The position numbers were made by a program, and so were the translations under genes. This document shows positions 61,792-64,000 of a stretch of 64,000 bases of DNA, piece by piece. The notes below the pieces were generated by a model, which ran no database searches, was not told the origin of the DNA, and worked only from the letters and a program-made list of their open reading frames with translations. Positions within the stretch are counted from its first letter, which is position 1, and the number at the start of each line of letters is the position of its first letter. Source of the stretch: Ranitomeya imitator (taxonomy: Eukaryota); the NCBI RefSeq assembly GCF_032444005.1, contig NC_091286.1:487692001-487756000 (forward strand), read 5' to 3'.

Positions 61792-63726
61792 GAGTGTCTT
61801 GCAAAATTATTCGGCCCCCTTGAACTTTTCAACCTTTTCCCACATATCATGCTTCAAACATAAAGATACCAAATGTAAATTTTTTGTGAAGAATCAACAA
61901 ATGGAACACAATTTTGAAGTTGAACAACATTTATTAGTTATTTAAAATTTTTGTGGAAATACAAAAACTGAAAAGTGAAATATTATTTGTCCCCTTTAAC
62001 TTAATACTTTGTTGCGCCACCTTTTGCTGCCATTACAGCTGCAAGTCGCTTGGGGTATGTCTCTATCAGTTTTGTTCATTGAGAGACTGAAATTCTTGCC
62101 CATTCTTCCTTGGCAAACAGCTCGAGCTCAGTGAGGTTTGATGGAGATCGATTGTAAACAGCAGTTTTCAGCTCTTTCCTCAGATTCTAGATTGGATTGA
62201 GGTCTGGATTTTGACTTGGCCATTCTAACACCTGGATATGTTTATTTGTGAACCACTCCATTGTAGATTTTGCTTTATGTTTGGGATCATTGTCTCATTG
62301 GAAGACAAATCTCCTTCCCAGTCTCTTGTCTTTTGCAGACTCCAACAGGTTTTCTTCAAGAATGGTCCTGTATTTGGCTCCATCCATCTTCCCATCAATT
62401 TTAACCATCTTCCCTGTCCCTGCTGAAGAAAAGCAGGCCCAAACCATGATGCTGCCACCACCATGTTTGACAGTGGGGATGGTGTGTTGAGGGTGATGAG
62501 CTGTGTTGCCTTTACAATAATAGGACTATAAACTGGATACACATAGGGTTAATAAAGCAAAAATCATGTAAGTACCCTGCAGCCACTAGTGAGATCCTCT
62601 ACCCCCAGTTTTTTTCCTTAGGACAGCAGACCTATGTTTATTGATAGGGGTCCTGTAGGTTGTGGGTAGAGGATCTCACTAGTGGCTGCAGGGTTCATTA
62701 GGGTCCCTAGGGTCAGCCATCGTGGAGCAGGGGTGCCAATACGCTCCCCCCTAGGGTGTCTACCTCCGCAGCTAGGTAGGGTTTATTTAGGTGCTTGTCC
62801 AGGGATTTCTAGCAATACCCATTAGATTTTTTCTTGGGTTGAACACTTTTTTTTTTGTCACGACGGGTGTTATGGTTTGCCTTTATTTTAATAATGAAAG
62901 TTATTTTTAGATCTGTATTGCCTTTATGCCATGTTTGGTGTGTCTCTACGGTGGCTTGTTGCAAATTTTAAATTACACTTTTTATGGATATCTTTGAGAA
63001 ATAGCTTTCTTCTTGTCACTCTTCCATAAAGGCCAGATTTGTGCAGTATACGACTAATTGTTGTCCTGTGGACAGACTGTCCCACCTCAGCTGTAGAACT
63101 CTGCAGTTCATCCATCTCTGATCAGTCTTCTCCTTGTTTGAGATGAAAGTTTAGAGGGACGGCTGGGTCTTGGTAGATTTGCAGGGGTATGATACTCCTT
63201 CCATTTCAATATGATCGCTTGCACAGTGCTCCTTGGGATGTTTAAAGTTTTGGAAATCATTTTGTATCCAAATCCGGCTTTAAACTTCTCCACTATAGTA
63301 TCACGGATCTGCCTGTTGTGTTCCTTGGTCTTCATGATGCTCTCTGTTCTTCAAACAGAAACCTGAGACTATCACAGAGTAGGTGCATTTATACGGAGAC
63401 TTGATTACACACAGATGCGTTGTATTTATCATCATTAGGCATTTAGGACATCACTGGATCATTCAGAGATCCACAATGAACTTCTGGAGTGAGTTTGCTG
63501 CACTGAAAGTAAAGGGGCTGAATAATATTGCACGCCCCACTTTTCAGATTTTGAATTTTCACAAAAATTTAAAATAACCAATAAATTTCAATCAACTTCA
63601 CAATTGTGTTCCACTTGTTGTTCATTCTTCACCAAAAATTTATATTTGGTATCTTTATGTTTAAAGCATGATATGTGGGAAAAGTTTGAAAAGTTCCAGG
63701 GAGCCGAATACTTTTGCAAGGCACTG
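61792..63726 (-). mobile_element. Degenerate Tc1 transposon with internal insertion
   Basis: Termini (C/G)AGTG.CTTGC...GCAAGGCACTG|TA. Minus-strand transposase pieces MKTKEHNRQIRDTIVEKFKAG and MVVAASWF-frame remnant. Confidence 0.85.
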
Positions 63727-64000
63727 TATATGACCCACCAGTATACATATTGGTATAGTACGGTACAGGAATAAACGGGGTCTTCGTTGTAGTATCCTGA
63801 AGTGTCAGTGCTGTGTCCTTACTGCATAGCAGTACGTGAGCAAGGGGAGCAAATGTTGTTTGCCAGTACCGAGTCCAAAATGCAAGGGGCAGCGGCTACT
63901 TAGAGAGAGCGGATATGAGCGTGGATCCACCACTCACTGACCTGCGCTGAAACTCGATTCCTCCATATATCTAACTGCGGGGTTCCAAGCGGTGGGAGGC

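Noticed and set aside
63730-64000. GC-richer sequence at the window edge, possibly the start of another retroelement
   Set aside because: Truncated by the window; no diagnostic motif.

Overview
Eukaryotic genomic DNA, most likely from a frog (inferred from the T2/Kolobok, piggyBac, hAT, Harbinger, Tc1, CR1 and chromovirus repeat landscape; the species cannot be determined). Most of the window is a nested pile of transposable elements in AT-rich non-coding DNA. The only host gene found is the 5' end of a sucrase-isomaltase / maltase-glucoamylase-type gene on the + strand. Two coding exons are visible: 48399-48525 (ATG, cytoplasmic tail, signal-anchor), absent from the ORF track, and 48965-49050 (stalk and start of the trefoil domain), which appears there only embedded in a longer intron-spanning ORF. 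Its non-coding exon 1 is unresolved and exon 4 appears to lie beyond the window. Other major features: an intact Gypsy chromovirus pol ORF with its 3' LTR plus a related solo LTR; a decayed LINE-1 ORF1-only (HAL1-like) element; two full-length Tc1 copies with complementary nonsense mutations; a Helitron; many MITEs with readable target-site duplications; elements carrying telomere-like repeats; and a Penelope-type hairpin with two minimal hammerhead ribozyme motifs. The most striking pattern is that unrelated non-autonomous transposons share an internal module: a GC-rich, often palindromic core with YY1/NRF1/CCAAT/CRE-like motifs, bounded by outward-facing splice-donor consensus sites. Coordinates were counted by hand. 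Family assignments rest on recalled motifs, not database searches.
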